Shown here in pieces: positions 1 through 12,569 of a stretch of DNA of 46,320 nucleotides. Each line of letters opens with the position of its first letter. Positions within the stretch are counted from its first letter, which is position 1. The translations under genes were made by a program, and so were the position numbers. The notes below the pieces were generated by a model, which ran no database searches, had not been told where the DNA came from, and saw nothing but the letters and a program-made list of their open reading frames with translations. This stretch comes from Tubiluchus corallicola (lineage: Eukaryota > Animalia > Priapulida), in contig JAQGDQ010001337.1 in the NCBI GenBank assembly GCA_030141605.1, positions 1 through 46,320 of the forward strand, written 5' to 3'.

Positions 1-435
1 TGTCAGCTTGTGTAGTTATAGTCTATTCTTACTGTAAATGTTACTAATGTCTAATGTAATCTTGTAGTAAAACTTGTCAGCTTGTGTAGTTATAGTCTAT
101 TCTTACTGTAAATGTTACTAATGTCTAATGTAATCTTGTAGTAAAACTTGTCAGCTTATGTAGTTATAGTCTGTTCTTACTGTAAATGTTACTAATGTCT
201 AATGTAATCTTGTAGTAAAACTTGTCAGCTTGTATAGTCATAGTCTATTCTTACTGTAAATGTTACTAATGTCTAATGTAATCTTGTAGTAAAACTTGCC
301 AGCTTGTGTAGTTATAGTCTATTCTTACTGTAAATGTTTTTGTAAATAGTGTATAAACTCTGTTGTGGTGAGGATTCTAAATCATGTTGTTCAAACTGTC
401 TGATCCAATCCTATAATAAATTATGTTTAAACTAA
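1..435 (+). mobile_element. 3' end of a non-LTR retrotransposon (family Y) whose 3' UTR holds a 74-bp tandem repeat; truncated by the window edge
   Basis: About 4.5 copies of a 74-bp unit (tgtcagcttgtgtagttatagtctattcttactgtaaatg...) followed by a unique tail ending aataaattatgtttaaactaa. It is the reverse complement of 2832-3225, which adjoins a LINE-type zinc knuckle. Confidence 0.7.
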
Positions 436-1054
436 AGCAGAAGCCAAGTCTCTCGGGAAGCTGAGCTTATTTTAATATTTGAGAAAAATGTTAGAAAATT
501 TCAGCAATAAAATTGTGATAAGCATCTCGTGTAACTAATCATTTCAATTTAAAGTCGTGATTACTTCACCTTTGGGCACGCTCACTTTAGACGAAAAATG
601 GCGTCATCCGGTTGCCGTGTAATATAAACAGTTATCCCGCCAGGTGCTCCAGAATCTTTTTCTAACTTATAGACGGAACTCGGTAAACTAGTAAGTAACT
701 AAGCAACCAAGTAAGCACCCTAGTGTGCACTACACTATACAAATTAGTCAATTTCCATTCATGGTACCTTGACATTCATGAATATGTGCAAATCCCAGAT
801 GTACTAGAATTTCTTTTGCAAAATCTGTCCAACTACTGGCTACATTGTGACACTGTTTAACTGATACGTTGCATTGAAGACGTGCTATAGTAGATGACGG
901 GCGGTTCATTACATGTATCAAGAAGCCAGTTATTCTACAGATTATATCTACACGGGTATTGTATCTGTCAACTTCACCCCCTCCTGCACTAGATTTACTA
1001 ATTCTATTGTTAATTGACACCCGATTCCACAGTAGTAACTGGTAAATGCAAATC

Positions 1055-1918
1055 TTCCCACACCTCCTCTCTTCTACTCTCACTCATCTCCTCACCTCTC
1101 CTCTCCTCCACTCTCCTCTCTTTTCCTCTCCTCTCATCTGGTCTCTCCTCCTCTCCACTCCTTTCCTTTCCTCTCCTCTCTTCTCCTCTTCTCTCTCCTC
1201 CCCTCCTCGTCGCTCCTCTCCCCCCTACTCTCCTCCAGTCTCCTCTCCTTTCCTCTCCTCCCTTCTCTTCTCGTCTCCTCTCCTCTATCGTCTCTTTTCC
1301 TCTCTCCTCCTCTCTCTTCTGCTCTCGTCTCTCCTCCCCTCTCCTCGTTTCTCCTCTCCCCTACTATCCTCCAGTCTCCTCTCCTTTCCTCCCTTCTCAT
1401 CTCCTCTCATCATCTCTTCTCCTCTCCACTCTTTTCCTCTCCTCTCTGCTTTTCTCTTCTCAGTTCGTGTCCTCTCCTTTCTTCTCCTCTCACCTCTTCA
1501 GCTCGAGTCTCTTTTCCTCTCTCCTCTCCTCTCTTCTCGCCTCTACCTTTTCTACTTACCGTCTTTATCTCATCACTTCTTCTTCTCCCCTCTACCTTTT
1601 CCCTTCTTCACTTCTCTAATCCGTTTTGTGACCTTTCTTTTACTTTCCGTCTATTCTGATCTGTTCGGTCCTTCTTTGCTCTCTTCTTCTTTGTTTCTCT
1701 TGCCATATCTCTTTCTTTGCACTGTTTTCCTACTCTGTTCTCTTTTCTCCTTTGTTTCTTGTTTTTTCATCTTTTTCCTTCCTTTGTCTACCTTTCTATG
1801 TTATCTCCTCTTCTACTCCCTTCTTTTTCTCGTCTCTCCCGTTCTTTTCCCACTGCTTTCCCGTTTCGCCTCCTCTCCACGCGTCCTCTCAGCTCAGCTC
1901 GCCTCCACTCACCCCACC
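1055..1918. repeat. Polypyrimidine/polypurine low-complexity tract (CTCCT/CTCT-rich)
   Basis: About 860 bp almost entirely C and T on the + strand. The L/S/P-rich and R/E/G-rich ORFs here are by-products of that composition. Confidence 0.9.
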
Positions 1919-2470
1919 TGTCAAATAGGAAAAAGCAAAAAAATTCTGCCCAAGAAGCTGCTTAAAGAATTCCTTTGTATTTCAAAATGGGAACACCAAC
2001 ATGTATGAACAGACAGGCGATCGGGAAGACATCGGAAAAACATCAGAAACCTGCACTATATAATCGACATAAAAAGTTATGAAAAAAGGGCATAAGTCCA
2101 CTGACAACTCTCTCGTGACTCTCGTGAAAGCTGAAATCCTTCTCGACACATAAGTCTAAGAATTATTGCTGTAAGTATGATATTATCTTGACATTTGATG
2201 GAAGTGAATTGTTCTGGAAACAAGAGAATAGACCATAAGACATTTATCGTACTTAGCGTAATCAGATACCCTAAATGTACGCACGGTATTTCCATTAAAC
2301 ATTCCTGTTATGATGGCGAATATCACATCTCAGTTATATTTATAGGTTAGAGCAAAACTGTGGAAATAAGAGGCAAATTTTCTTCTGTGTTATTTTATGT
2401 TATGTGTATGTTATACATGCACATAATACGTTGTTTTTGGTTTCTTTTTTGTCTGTTGTCTGTTCAGAAA

Positions 2471-2670
2471 CATCTTATTTATTTGCCATAAAAAATCGAT
2501 ATTCATAACTGTAAAGGCATAAAGGAACATCGCAGCATGAGAATAAAATTCACACAACTGTTAAAGGCAAATGCGTTCAGTGCAAACTAAAAACTACTGT
2601 GCCAAAGATTTAAAACAAAATATACATTATAATGTTACACGCAAATTATAATAGACTATATACAATATAT
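2471..2670 (-). mobile_element. LINE 3' UTR fragment (family X), inverted copy of 3915-4110
   Basis: Near-identical reverse complement of 3915-4110, including ggcaaataaa and the ttgcact..acgcatttgcc motif. Confidence 0.75.
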
Positions 2671-2831
2671 ACATGCAAAATATACTTTATAATTTGCGTA
2701 AATGAAATGTTCTTACGAAAGCTCGGAGCCTATTATTGATTATTCAAGCATGTATGTATGCGTGGAAAACGTTACCACTGTTACTCAATATATACAAAGA
2801 CAATTTCGGCATTAGAAGTAGACACAAGACG

Positions 2832-3650
2832 TTAGTTTAAACATAATTTATTATAGGATTGGATCAGACAGTTTGAACAACATGATTTAGGATCCTCACC
2901 ACAACAGTCTTTATACACTATTTACAAAAACATTTACAGTAAGAATAGACTATAACTACAGAAGCTAACAAGTTTTACTACAAGGTTACATTAGACATTA
3001 GTAACATTTACAGTAAGAATAGACTATACCTGCACAAGCTGACAAGTTTTGCTACAAGGTTACATTAGACATTAGTAACATTTACAGTAAGAACACACTA
3101 TAACTACACAAGCTGACAAGTTTTACTACAAGATTACATTAGACATTAGTAACAATTGCAGTAAGAATAGACTACAACTACGCAAGCTGACAAGTTTTAT
3201 TACAAGATTACATTAGACATTAGTAGAAAATGACGGTCAGAAAACTTTAATGTGCGAATATTTAAGACTGATGCATTTCATATCAGACAGACATTACTGG
3301 AAGCATTTAGTGCGTAATATAAAGTCATGTTTGCATTGGAATATTTTGCAGTTAGCAACATAGTGAAATTAATATTTCTCGAATAATAACAACTTCAACA
3401 GATCATTAGTTCCTAGGGCAGCTATATTAAGGTTTTCGGGCAGAAGCATTTCATTTAGTTTATCAAACATAACAACCCTAGTTTGTTGATACAATGGGCA
3501 GTGCAACAAAAAGTGTTCAACAGACTCAAATCGAAATCCACAGTTACAATTCGGCAATATTGCATGACCGTCATTATCTTAACAGGACATAAGGCGTTAG
3601 TGCTTACATACAATAGTCTACGTAATCTTAGTCTACGATTGGCACAGTTC
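2832..3650 (-). mobile_element. Non-LTR retrotransposon 3' fragment (family Y): frameshifted ORF2 C-terminus with CCHC zinc knuckle, plus 3' UTR with 74-bp repeats
   Basis: Minus-strand ORF 3369-3557 reads PNCNCGFRFESVEHFLLHCPLY, a typical LINE C-terminal knuckle, preceded in another frame by RLRL. The 74-bp repeats lie at about 2931-3224. Confidence 0.8.
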
Positions 3651-3659
3651 AAATGTAAG

Positions 3660-4132
3660 ACCCACCCAAGCAAACAGCAACTGCAGCACGCTAGACAGTC
3701 CTGTCACTCATACCAAATACGGCAACAATTCTATCACTAAACAAGGAGTTCAACTCTGGAATACCCTGCCATCAAATTTAAAACAAATCAAGTCTTTCGA
3801 CGAATCAAATTTAAAAATACATACATTAAATCGTTTTGAAAACCCAACATACGTAAACGATAATATACATTCATCCGCAAATTTTATTACCCACGTCCAT
3901 TTTAAATTATACGTATATATTGTATATAGTCTATTATAATTTGCGTGTAACATTATAATGTATATTTTGTTTTAAATTTTTGGCACAGTAGTTTTTAGTT
4001 TGCACTGGACGCATTTGCCTTTAACAGTTGTGTGAATTTTATTCTCATGCTGCGATGTTCTTTTATGCTTTTATAGTTATGAATATCGATTTTTTATGGC
4101 AAATAAAGATTATATATATATATATATATATA
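3660..4132 (+). mobile_element. LINE (CR1/L2-group-like) 3' fragment, family X, ending in a (TA)n tail
   Basis: Translates HTKYGNNSITKQGVQLWNTLPSNLKQIKSF, matching the LWNxLP motif of LINE ORF2 C-termini. Ends gcaaataaagat(ta)n. Confidence 0.75.
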
Positions 4133-4444
4133 CGATGCGACGCTTTTAATTCGCTATCATCAGGCCTAACCTAGTTAGGAGGTGCGGGGCCTTTCTGGAA
4201 ACAATTTTGGTGGCCCTAAGGTTCCCAGCTAAAGTTTGCCTATTACAACTTATATAGTTCAATGACAGAAAACAAGCAGTCAAAATGTGCCTGCGATTTA
4301 ATGGACCAAACAGCTAAATTTTTATATAAAATTTTGTAGCATAAAACGTGCAGTGTACTAATTTTGTCACAAGATACTTTTTGAAAATTCTACAGGTTTA
4401 TACATATCTAAAAGCCGTTACACGTTTGTTTACATATTTGTTTT

Positions 4445-5051
4445 TTTTAAAGCAAAACCTGACCCAATGTTAAACTGTAGGTCAAAACAACATATTCCTT
4501 TAAAATATTGAAAGGAAACTTTCTATTTTTAAAGAATGTCTTACGTAAAACAATTTTTACCACACAAACACAATTTCACGCTCACGCCAATAATTCTTCG
4601 CTGTTGCATGGATTTCACCATTCGCTAGTTAAATGGGCATTAGCGCTGGCATTTCGGAACAGGTGCTGTACCTCTCAGTTCCGATAGTTTTGTGTGTGGC
4701 GAACCGCACACGTTCGACAGCTCGTGCGTGAGCATAGCGGTAATTTGGAATTTGAGTTTTTATCTTAAAACTCGCCTAGTTTTAGTACAACACACTGAAT
4801 ATCTTACAGTAGCACTTTACTTCAATTTTCACTTTCGCAAACACGTTCAACACGCTCATGGAATATTTTTGCTGTAGAAAATTATGTTCGTTTGTGATGT
4901 CATCGATAGCTGGACCCGCCCGCCGTTAATTAAGTTTTTAATTTATGATTTAATTATCACAAACACTTCTGCAGTATTAATCGTGTTAAAATGTATAATT
5001 TTTATCGGATTTGAAAATGGGGTAGTTTATGAAAAATCATCCTGTTTTCCT
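4445..5051 (-). mobile_element. Kolobok-like DNA transposon terminal fragment (copy 1 of 3)
   Basis: Reverse-complement homologue of 24025-24612 and 40272-40885. Terminus reads TTAA|AGGAAAACAGGATGATTTTTCAT. Confidence 0.65.
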
Positions 5052-5810
5052 TTAAGAGCTGCTACGTCTGAAAGTGAAGTGCAATGTTTTGATGTTTAGC
5101 GGTTTTTTATATTAGTAAATCAATATCGAATATTCATAATTCTTTTATTAATATTAATAAATCGTTTATGAATATTCAAAAGTGATTTATAAATAATTCA
5201 TTATTGATTTATTAATGTTCAAAAATAAGCATTGAATTCTACTTTGGCGTTCCATTTATGCATGCGCATTTCACAACATACTTCAGGTGTTTTACAGGAA
5301 TGGACAACTGGGAAGTCACAGAAAGCTAACAACAACAATATGTTATTTCGGTTTCTATCGGATGCAAGCCAGCAGTGACATTGGCATCTCAAATGTGGAT
5401 AGGTGGTAACGTTTAAGGATGTTAAATTTAATCTTCTTTAATTTCAATTTAATAATTGCTCTTAAGTTAAAATAACAACGTTATAGGTTCACTAATTTTC
5501 TACAAACTTTACATACCATTGGAACCGTTAGAGAAAAGAATACATTCTTAAAATAAACAATGTTTCTTAAGAGAAACTAATTCATTAATGCAGTGCTAAT
5601 GCATTACTTAAAAAACTAATTAGTGATTCAGTGTTCATTGGGAAGTTGGAAAAAATTTATTCTTTCCTCCCGACGTTATGGTTTATCAAAGAATTTAGTT
5701 TGAGGATAAACAACGCATTTTTCAAAGTTATGAAAGACGTGTTGACTATCTTTGGTTTATCTTTTTGTAACTTGCACTTAAGTGAGTTAATTACCTATTT
5801 ATTACCGCAT

Positions 5811-6860
5811 ATTGACTTACCTAAGTCACATTTGAGTTACCAAAACACATTCGAAATTCCTATGTCTACATTTGACTTACCTAAGTCACATTTGAGTTAC
5901 CAAAACACATTCGAAATTCCTATGTCTACATTTGACTTACCTAAGTCACATTTGAACTTTCCTATGTCTACATTTGACTTACCTAAGTCACATTTGAACT
6001 TTCCTGTGTCTACATTTGACTTACCTAAGTCACATTTGAACTTTCCTGTGTCTACATTTTACTTACCTAAGTCACATTTGAACTTTCCTGCGTCTACATT
6101 TGACTTACCTAAGTCACATTTGAACTTTCCTGTGTCTACATTTGACTTACCTAAGTCACATTTGAACTTTCCTGTATCTACATTTGACTTACCTAAGTCA
6201 CATTTGAACTTTCCTGTGTCTACATTTGACTTACCTAAGTCACATTTGAACTTTCCTGTGTCTACATTTGACTTACCTAAGTCACATTTGAACTTTCCTG
6301 TGTCTACATTTGACTTACCTAAGTCACATTTGAACTTTCCTGTGTCTACATTTGACTTACCTAAGTCACATTTGAGTTACCAAAACACATTTGAAATTCT
6401 TATGTCTACATTTGACTTACCTAAGTCACATTTGAGTTACCAAAACACATTTGAAATTCTTATGTCTACATTTGACTTACCTAAGTCACATTTGAGCTTT
6501 CCTATGTCTAAATTTGACTTACCTAAGTCACATTTGAACTTTCCTGGGTCTACATTTGACTTACCTAAGTCACATTTGAACTTTCCTGCGTCTACATTTG
6601 ACTTACCTAAGTCACATTTGAACTTTCCTGTGTCTACATTTGACTTACCTAAGTCACATTTGAACTTTCCTGTGTCTATATTTGACTTACCTAAGTCACA
6701 TTTGAACTTTCCTATGTCTGCATTTGACTTACCTAAGTCACATTTGAACTTTCCTATGTCTACATTTGACTTACCTAAGTCACATTTGAACTTTCCTGTG
6801 TCTACATTTGACTTACCTAAGTCACATTTGAACTTTCCTGTGTCTATATTTGATTTACCT
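5811..6860. repeat. 42-bp minisatellite (with a 60-bp variant unit), about 23 units, inside a cyclase intron
   Basis: Unit tttgacttacctaagtcacatttgaactttcctgtgtctaca. The variant unit carries ...gagttaccaaaacacatt(c/t)gaaattc(c/t)tatg... Confidence 0.95.
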
Positions 6861-6876
6861 ACAACAACATACGTAC

Positions 6877-7096
6877 CTGTAAATCTCGTTCAGGAACTTC
6901 ACGGTTTCTATTGGATGCAAGCCAGCTGTGAGTGGGATGAAGTCCTGAATGTCGCTGAAAAACACCGTCACGGAATCAAACGACTCAGCAATGTTCGTAA
7001 TTCCTGCTCTCAGCTGCTCTGCAACTGATGTCGGCAGCATCTCTCTCAACAAACGATCTGATCTATTCCTCTCCCTCTGTATCTGATGTTTCTTGC
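6877..7096 (-). CDS. NIT-domain guanylyl cyclase, coding exon 2 (signalling helix and start of the class III cyclase domain)
   Basis: KKHQIQRERNRSDRLLREMLPTSVAEQLRAG...AESFDSVTVFFSDIQDF...VKFLNEIY matches the GC coiled coil and FSDI motif. Acceptor ttttag, donor ag|gtacgt. Its phase-1 start fits the exon ending at 10927. Confidence 0.9.
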
Positions 7097-7188
7097 CTAA
7101 AATGAAGTAAAAATTAAACAAACCTGAACAAGACTGGAAGCACTAATGTGATTAGATCCGGCACATAGATACTGTTTACTCTTCATTC

Positions 7189-7606
<418 letters not shown>

Positions 7607-8090
7607 AAATCTTTATTTGCCATTTTAAAAACATTGACCATCATAATGAAAGACAGACAATCAGTGTTAGTTCATATAAAAACATACACTGTTCTGGGCA
7701 AATGCGTCTAGTGCAAGCTAAACTATAAGTGCAACTAGAAATTCAAAAATAAAATATAAACTAGTTTAGTAAGGTCTAGGAAAAATGAAATTATGATTTG
7801 AGTAAGTATCATCGTGTTCGTATGTCGGATATTCAAAACGAGTCATTAAATGTTTTTTTTAATTTAGACTTGAATATTGATAAAGAGCTGCTGTGTTTTA
7901 GTGATGTCGGTAATGAATTCCAAAGTTGTATTGCTTGTTTAGTAATGGAATTCTTTCCATATTGGTTGTTCGTTCTAATGTTTCTTAAATTTACTGTTCT
8001 GTTATTCGTACTGGGGTTTTCAAGAAGTGGGAGCTTATTGTTTTTGAAAGGAGAATTAATATTGTTGATATATTTTATAGATAAATAAGA
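7607..8090 (-). mobile_element. LINE 3' fragment related to family X
   Basis: Minus strand translates RTNNQYGKNSITKQAIQLWNSLPTSLKHSSSLSIFKSKLKK. The 3' UTR has ttgcactagacgcatttgcc and gcaaataaagatt followed by (tac)n. Confidence 0.8.
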
Positions 8091-9406
8091 GAGTTTGATA
8101 ATCTCTATGGGCTTCTAATATGGGGATTTTCATGGAGTTTCTTAAAGAGGTGGCAGAATATTTACTTGTATTGTGAGATGATTTCAAAGAATGATCATTG
8201 AGCCTTATCGATGATTAGCAACATGATTAAGACAATGGATGATACACTTTGTGCCAAAATAAATAATGTTGGTTCCCTTCATCTACGTTATTTTGCTGAC
8301 TGCAATAATCCTTTTCACAGTTCCAGCGATTGATGATGATCGTGAAAATGTCATAGGTTAAGTGTACCAGGTAACGCATTGGTGTACACTTCACAATGCC
8401 TCGCAGCCCAAGCTATTGTAATAGTAACAGTTATAACAGAGAGCTAGAACTTTACCTGGTTTTTTCTTCTTGTCCCCATACAAGGCCCTGCTAGGCACAG
8501 ACCAATGTATAATTACATAAACTCCACGTAAAACAACCAAAAATTATTGAACTGGTGGCGGCACACGGCTTTGCTTTACCCATATGTCACGTGACAGTTG
8601 TAATTAAGACGTGTTGCTGTGGTACACTTAACCTTTGACCTACAGAAACTGCGCGTGCGCACAACGAAACTATGAAAACGTTTATTACATTTACCAGTCT
8701 GTGCCATATGCTCATCTGTAGGAAGCTACCTAATGAGAGAGTTAATTTGCTTTGATACTTGTAAAGTGGATTAATTAATACGCTAAGGCTTAATCCACTT
8801 TCAAAACTTAATTAGAATCATGACTACCCTGGCAAGCTATAAAGAGCGGCAATGTATTTAGCTCTGAACATAAGGAATGGAGGTAAAAATGGTACAGGAA
8901 AAATGGCACAAGTAAAATGGCATAAAAAGAGACGGGACCCAAATGGATTCAGGGGCGAAATGGGGATACTTCCCCGGAGCCCCACCCTCCAGGGGGGCCT
9001 CGCGCCGAGGTAACATTTTTTTGCTTTATGCGAACATTCAATTGTTCTTTCCTTTAACAACTGTATAACTCCATATTTTCTCTTCGAAAATGCTGCTCCG
9101 GCGTTCTAGCAGTCCAAAAATTTTCTGGGCGCCAACCATGGTGGCGACCGCCCCCCCCCCCCAGGGGGCCTCACACGCCCCACTTCCCCGGGCCTCGTAG
9201 GCCCTGCTAAAATATACCTGTATAAGTATTATATAGATTAGCAAAATGCGCACAAAATATTTCATTCATTAAATAGATTTGTATGCTGTACATACATGAT
9301 ATATTGTACATATTGTACATTTGTATATTTGTATATTTGTATAAAGGTCTAACTCGTAGTTGTTTGTCCTAGTAGAGATAATAAAAAAATGGTTCTATCT
9401 AATATA

Positions 9407-9544
9407 CAAGTCCTCCTCTTTCCAAAGAGCTAACCAAGTCCTCCTCTTTCCCAAGAGCTAACCAAATCCTCCTCTTTCCAAAGAGGCAGCCAAGTCCTCC
9501 TCTTTCCAAAGAGCTAGCCAAGTCCTCCTCTTTCCAAAGAGCTA
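9407..9544. repeat. 28-bp tandem repeat, 5 copies
   Basis: Unit caagtcctcctctttccaaagagctaac. Confidence 0.9.
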
Positions 9545-9939
9545 TACTACTCCATCTGAGCCCTCTGCGAAGTCATTCGCGTGTTTTTTTTATTTGTACG
9601 TGGTATTCGGGCAAGTTTTATGAAAAAATAACCAGTAAAAAAATCTGTTAGACAGTTTTCATGACACCCCACCCCACCCCACCCCATCTATAAATATGCA
9701 CCAAAGTGCCTCTTTCTTGTTGGCTACCATAAATTCACAAAGTCACGTGGCACCTCAACTTTTGAATCTTTGAAAATCAGGCTGTCACGGCCTGCCTCTT
9801 TCAGATCTTCCCTGTAGCTATTTTTCACCCAAACTTCTCTAACTCTTTCTTTTTCATTTTCGCGTTTTCGAATCGTACAAGCTAACACAATAAAAAGCAA
9901 AGCATATCTCCATATTGCTACCATAATTCTCAAACTAAT

Positions 9940-10552
9940 ATATCATGTAAGGTATGACCATCCCACAAATGCAATTTACTTGTCTGTTAAAACTCTTAAA
10001 GTGAAAGAAATATATGATGACATGTATTGTCTTCATTTCATGTATCATAATTCACTACTTCCACCAGCTTTTCAGTCATACTTTAGTCCAGTTTCAAATC
10101 AACATGATCATTACACAAGATATTCAGTCGGAAACTATGTACCCCCTCTTCCAAAAACAAATATAATGAAACAGTCATCAAAATATAATGTTATTAAAAT
10201 ATGGTCATCAATTCCGCGTGAAATGAAAACTCTTAATCTTTATCAATTTAAAAAAGCATCAAAGAATTACTTACTACAGCGGTATAATTAACTCACAATT
10301 TTACTCATCCTGATCTTAAGTTACTAACAAAACTTATTTTGTTCTAATGCAAATTATATTTTGTTCTAATGTAAATTATAACTGATGAAAATGTAATGTT
10401 AATTGTCAATTGTTTCACTTATCTGGAGGAGGACTCGAAAGCTCAATGCTCCTTCCTTCTCCTCACAGTAACTCGTTTAGTTTATAATTTTTTTCAATGT
10501 AATATCAATTTGTATGTATGTTTGTGTTGCTGTGGAATAAATTCATAATTCA
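9940..10552 (+). mobile_element. LINE 3' fragment (ORF2 C-terminus plus 3' UTR)
   Basis: ORF 9980-10291 reads LLPPAFQSYF...HDHYTR...IKIWSSIPREMK...FKKASKNYLL, a typical CR1/L2-group C-terminus. A 3' stem-loop (gaggagga...tccttctcctc) and an aataaa near 10536 follow. Confidence 0.75.
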
Positions 10553-10926
10553 CCATTCTTTGCTGGCACTTCCTGCTGAAAAGGTATTACCAGAGTTCGA
10601 CAGGGTGAACTCTCATGTCGTCTAAACACTCGCCAATGTTTACATCGACAGTTTTTGTTTGTTAGTTTCAGTTTGACAGTTTAAAAACTGATGGCGTCAA
10701 CGGGCTATAAGGACTACCCGGCACTGGGACATGGCAAAAAAATCTTAAAAATGTTAAGGATCCCCAAAACAATGACGCCTCAAAATTCAAATAAACACAC
10801 TACTGGTCCCAGCTCGGTAATTTAGTTGTTATGTCGTTTTAACTCACATTTAGAAATTTTACGAATTTCCTTACCTAAAGTAGAACTACGATTAAACGAA
10901 TAAGTTTATGTGGATTGATTCAATAC

Positions 10927-12157
10927 CTCTAACTTTGCGTGTGTAACTTGCTATTTTTGCCACCATTCTGAAAGTCTGCACCAGATAGTAAATGCTGAGT
11001 ATGACGCAGATGATGGCGACAGCAATGGTAAGGATCATCTCCACCATCAGTATGCTGTTGTTCTTCGATATCATTGACTCAACATCGGCCATAACATCCA
11101 AGTGGATAAAACTGAGTAGATCTGTCATAACCTTCAATAATTTTGACATGCTCTCGAACCATTTTTCTGCCAAAATGGCGCTGCTCTTTCCCAATGGTTC
11201 ATTCTTTTTGACTACCCGGGACATTTCGGACACCGTCACGTCAAGGTCCACGAGGCCAATTTCGTTGGCTTGTCGAAGCAGAGACGCGTACAAGTCTTTG
11301 TACGTACCCACGTACAAAAACGCTCCGTCCCTAAGTGTGGCACCTTCAGCAGATACCTCAAGAAAGTGAAACCACGGTCTCGTGTCTAAATTTCCATGGA
11401 GGTAATAGCAGAAGCCAAGGGCACGTTGTATTCCTAGAGCATCAGCAGACTTGACGATCATGTATGCGCTAACTGTCTTCTTCCAAAACGAATGGTCTTC
11501 TTTTGGAGTTACAATTTTTTGTCGACCCCATTTCAGGAAAGTTTGTATGGCACTTGTATACCACGCGATGACGTCTTCCACGTCCATAGTATTTAACTGA
11601 ACGGAACTTCGAAACTCATTGAGTGCAATCTGAAATACTTCCTTTGTAATTACAGTGCCGTTCTCAAAATTTTCTGGCCAGTATTCGTCCGGAAATTTGC
11701 CAATCTGGACATCAACAGCTCGATAAATGCGTGACAAATTCCAAAACTGGCCTCCACAAATATGCCCAGAAGAAATTCCTCTCTCCTTTTGCAGTTTGTT
11801 AGCCAAATGGCTGACATTCAGCAACGTGTAAGTTCCTATCCTGGCGTCCTGTAAAGCTTCAGCCATCTGAAGGCGACTGGACAATGAGAAACCAGCTAAG
11901 TACATGAGAGTGCCAACTGGTACGACCAGTACCATGACCATTTTGAACACGAGAAACCATTGCGACTGCTTGCATCTTTTTTGATTCAATTGACGCTGAT
12001 ACATGTCCAGCACACTTGGCGCAAAATGTGACGAAACACCACTATGGAAGCTGGCAACTGATGCGGAGGAACGCAGGAGCCTGTTCGAATTGTTTTCATC
12101 ATCGCTCCCTCGCCTCTTCAAAATATTATTGATAAATGTTGAAGCCTTCGAAGCCAT
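10927..12157 (-). CDS. NIT-domain guanylyl cyclase, coding exon 1 (TM1, NIT nitrate/nitrite-sensing domain, TM2)
   Basis: First ATG at 12157, with an in-frame stop just upstream. NIT signatures HLANKLQKERGISS and ADALGIQRALG; two hydrophobic helices flank the domain. The phase-1 donor agag|gtattg joins exon 2 to give SYTRKVRGKKHQIQRERNRSDRLL. Confidence 0.85.
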
Positions 12158-12569
12158 TAAAGATGACAGACACAACCCTTACGGCAATCAACAGGACGCA
12201 CTTGATTTTGCAAATGCCTATTGATATGGATTGATAGTAATAATACTAATTGCAACTGTGAAGAACTGAGCTAGTGCGCATGCGTCAGTGCTTATAATGA
12301 TTTGTGCAAATGCTGAACAAATAATAAAAACATTCAATGCCGAGACCCGTGCAGCTGTTTGCTGCACGATCATAGCATCTTATAATGTCATTTATTATGT
12401 GCATTTTGGCAAGAAAATATTATTGAAAAGTGATCTCGAGCCAAAACGACAATGTCAAATTTTTGAAACCAAACATGGCTAAAGTGAAACCAATTACAAG
12501 AAAATGAATACTGAGTCTGGTATTGAACCTGAAACTTTTGAATTACAAGACACGTGCTAGGGCAATTAA

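Noticed and set aside
590-1045. Next cyclase exon (VYKLE near 670, or ORF 748-1083)
   Set aside because: No FD...VYKVETIGDAY or other cyclase motif in a phase-2-compatible frame; remaining exons probably lie left of the window.
1014-2008. L/S/P-rich and R/E/G-rich ORFs
   Set aside because: Translations of the polypyrimidine tract.
5631-7028. 465-aa + strand ORF of STFDLPKSHLNFPV repeats
   Set aside because: It is open only because the 42- and 60-bp units are multiples of 3 without stops; it starts at GTG and is antisense to a real exon.
10892-10926. C-terminal IESIHINLFV of the 427-aa ORF as a stand-alone NIT protein
   Set aside because: Better explained as intron read-through past the phase-1 donor at 10926.
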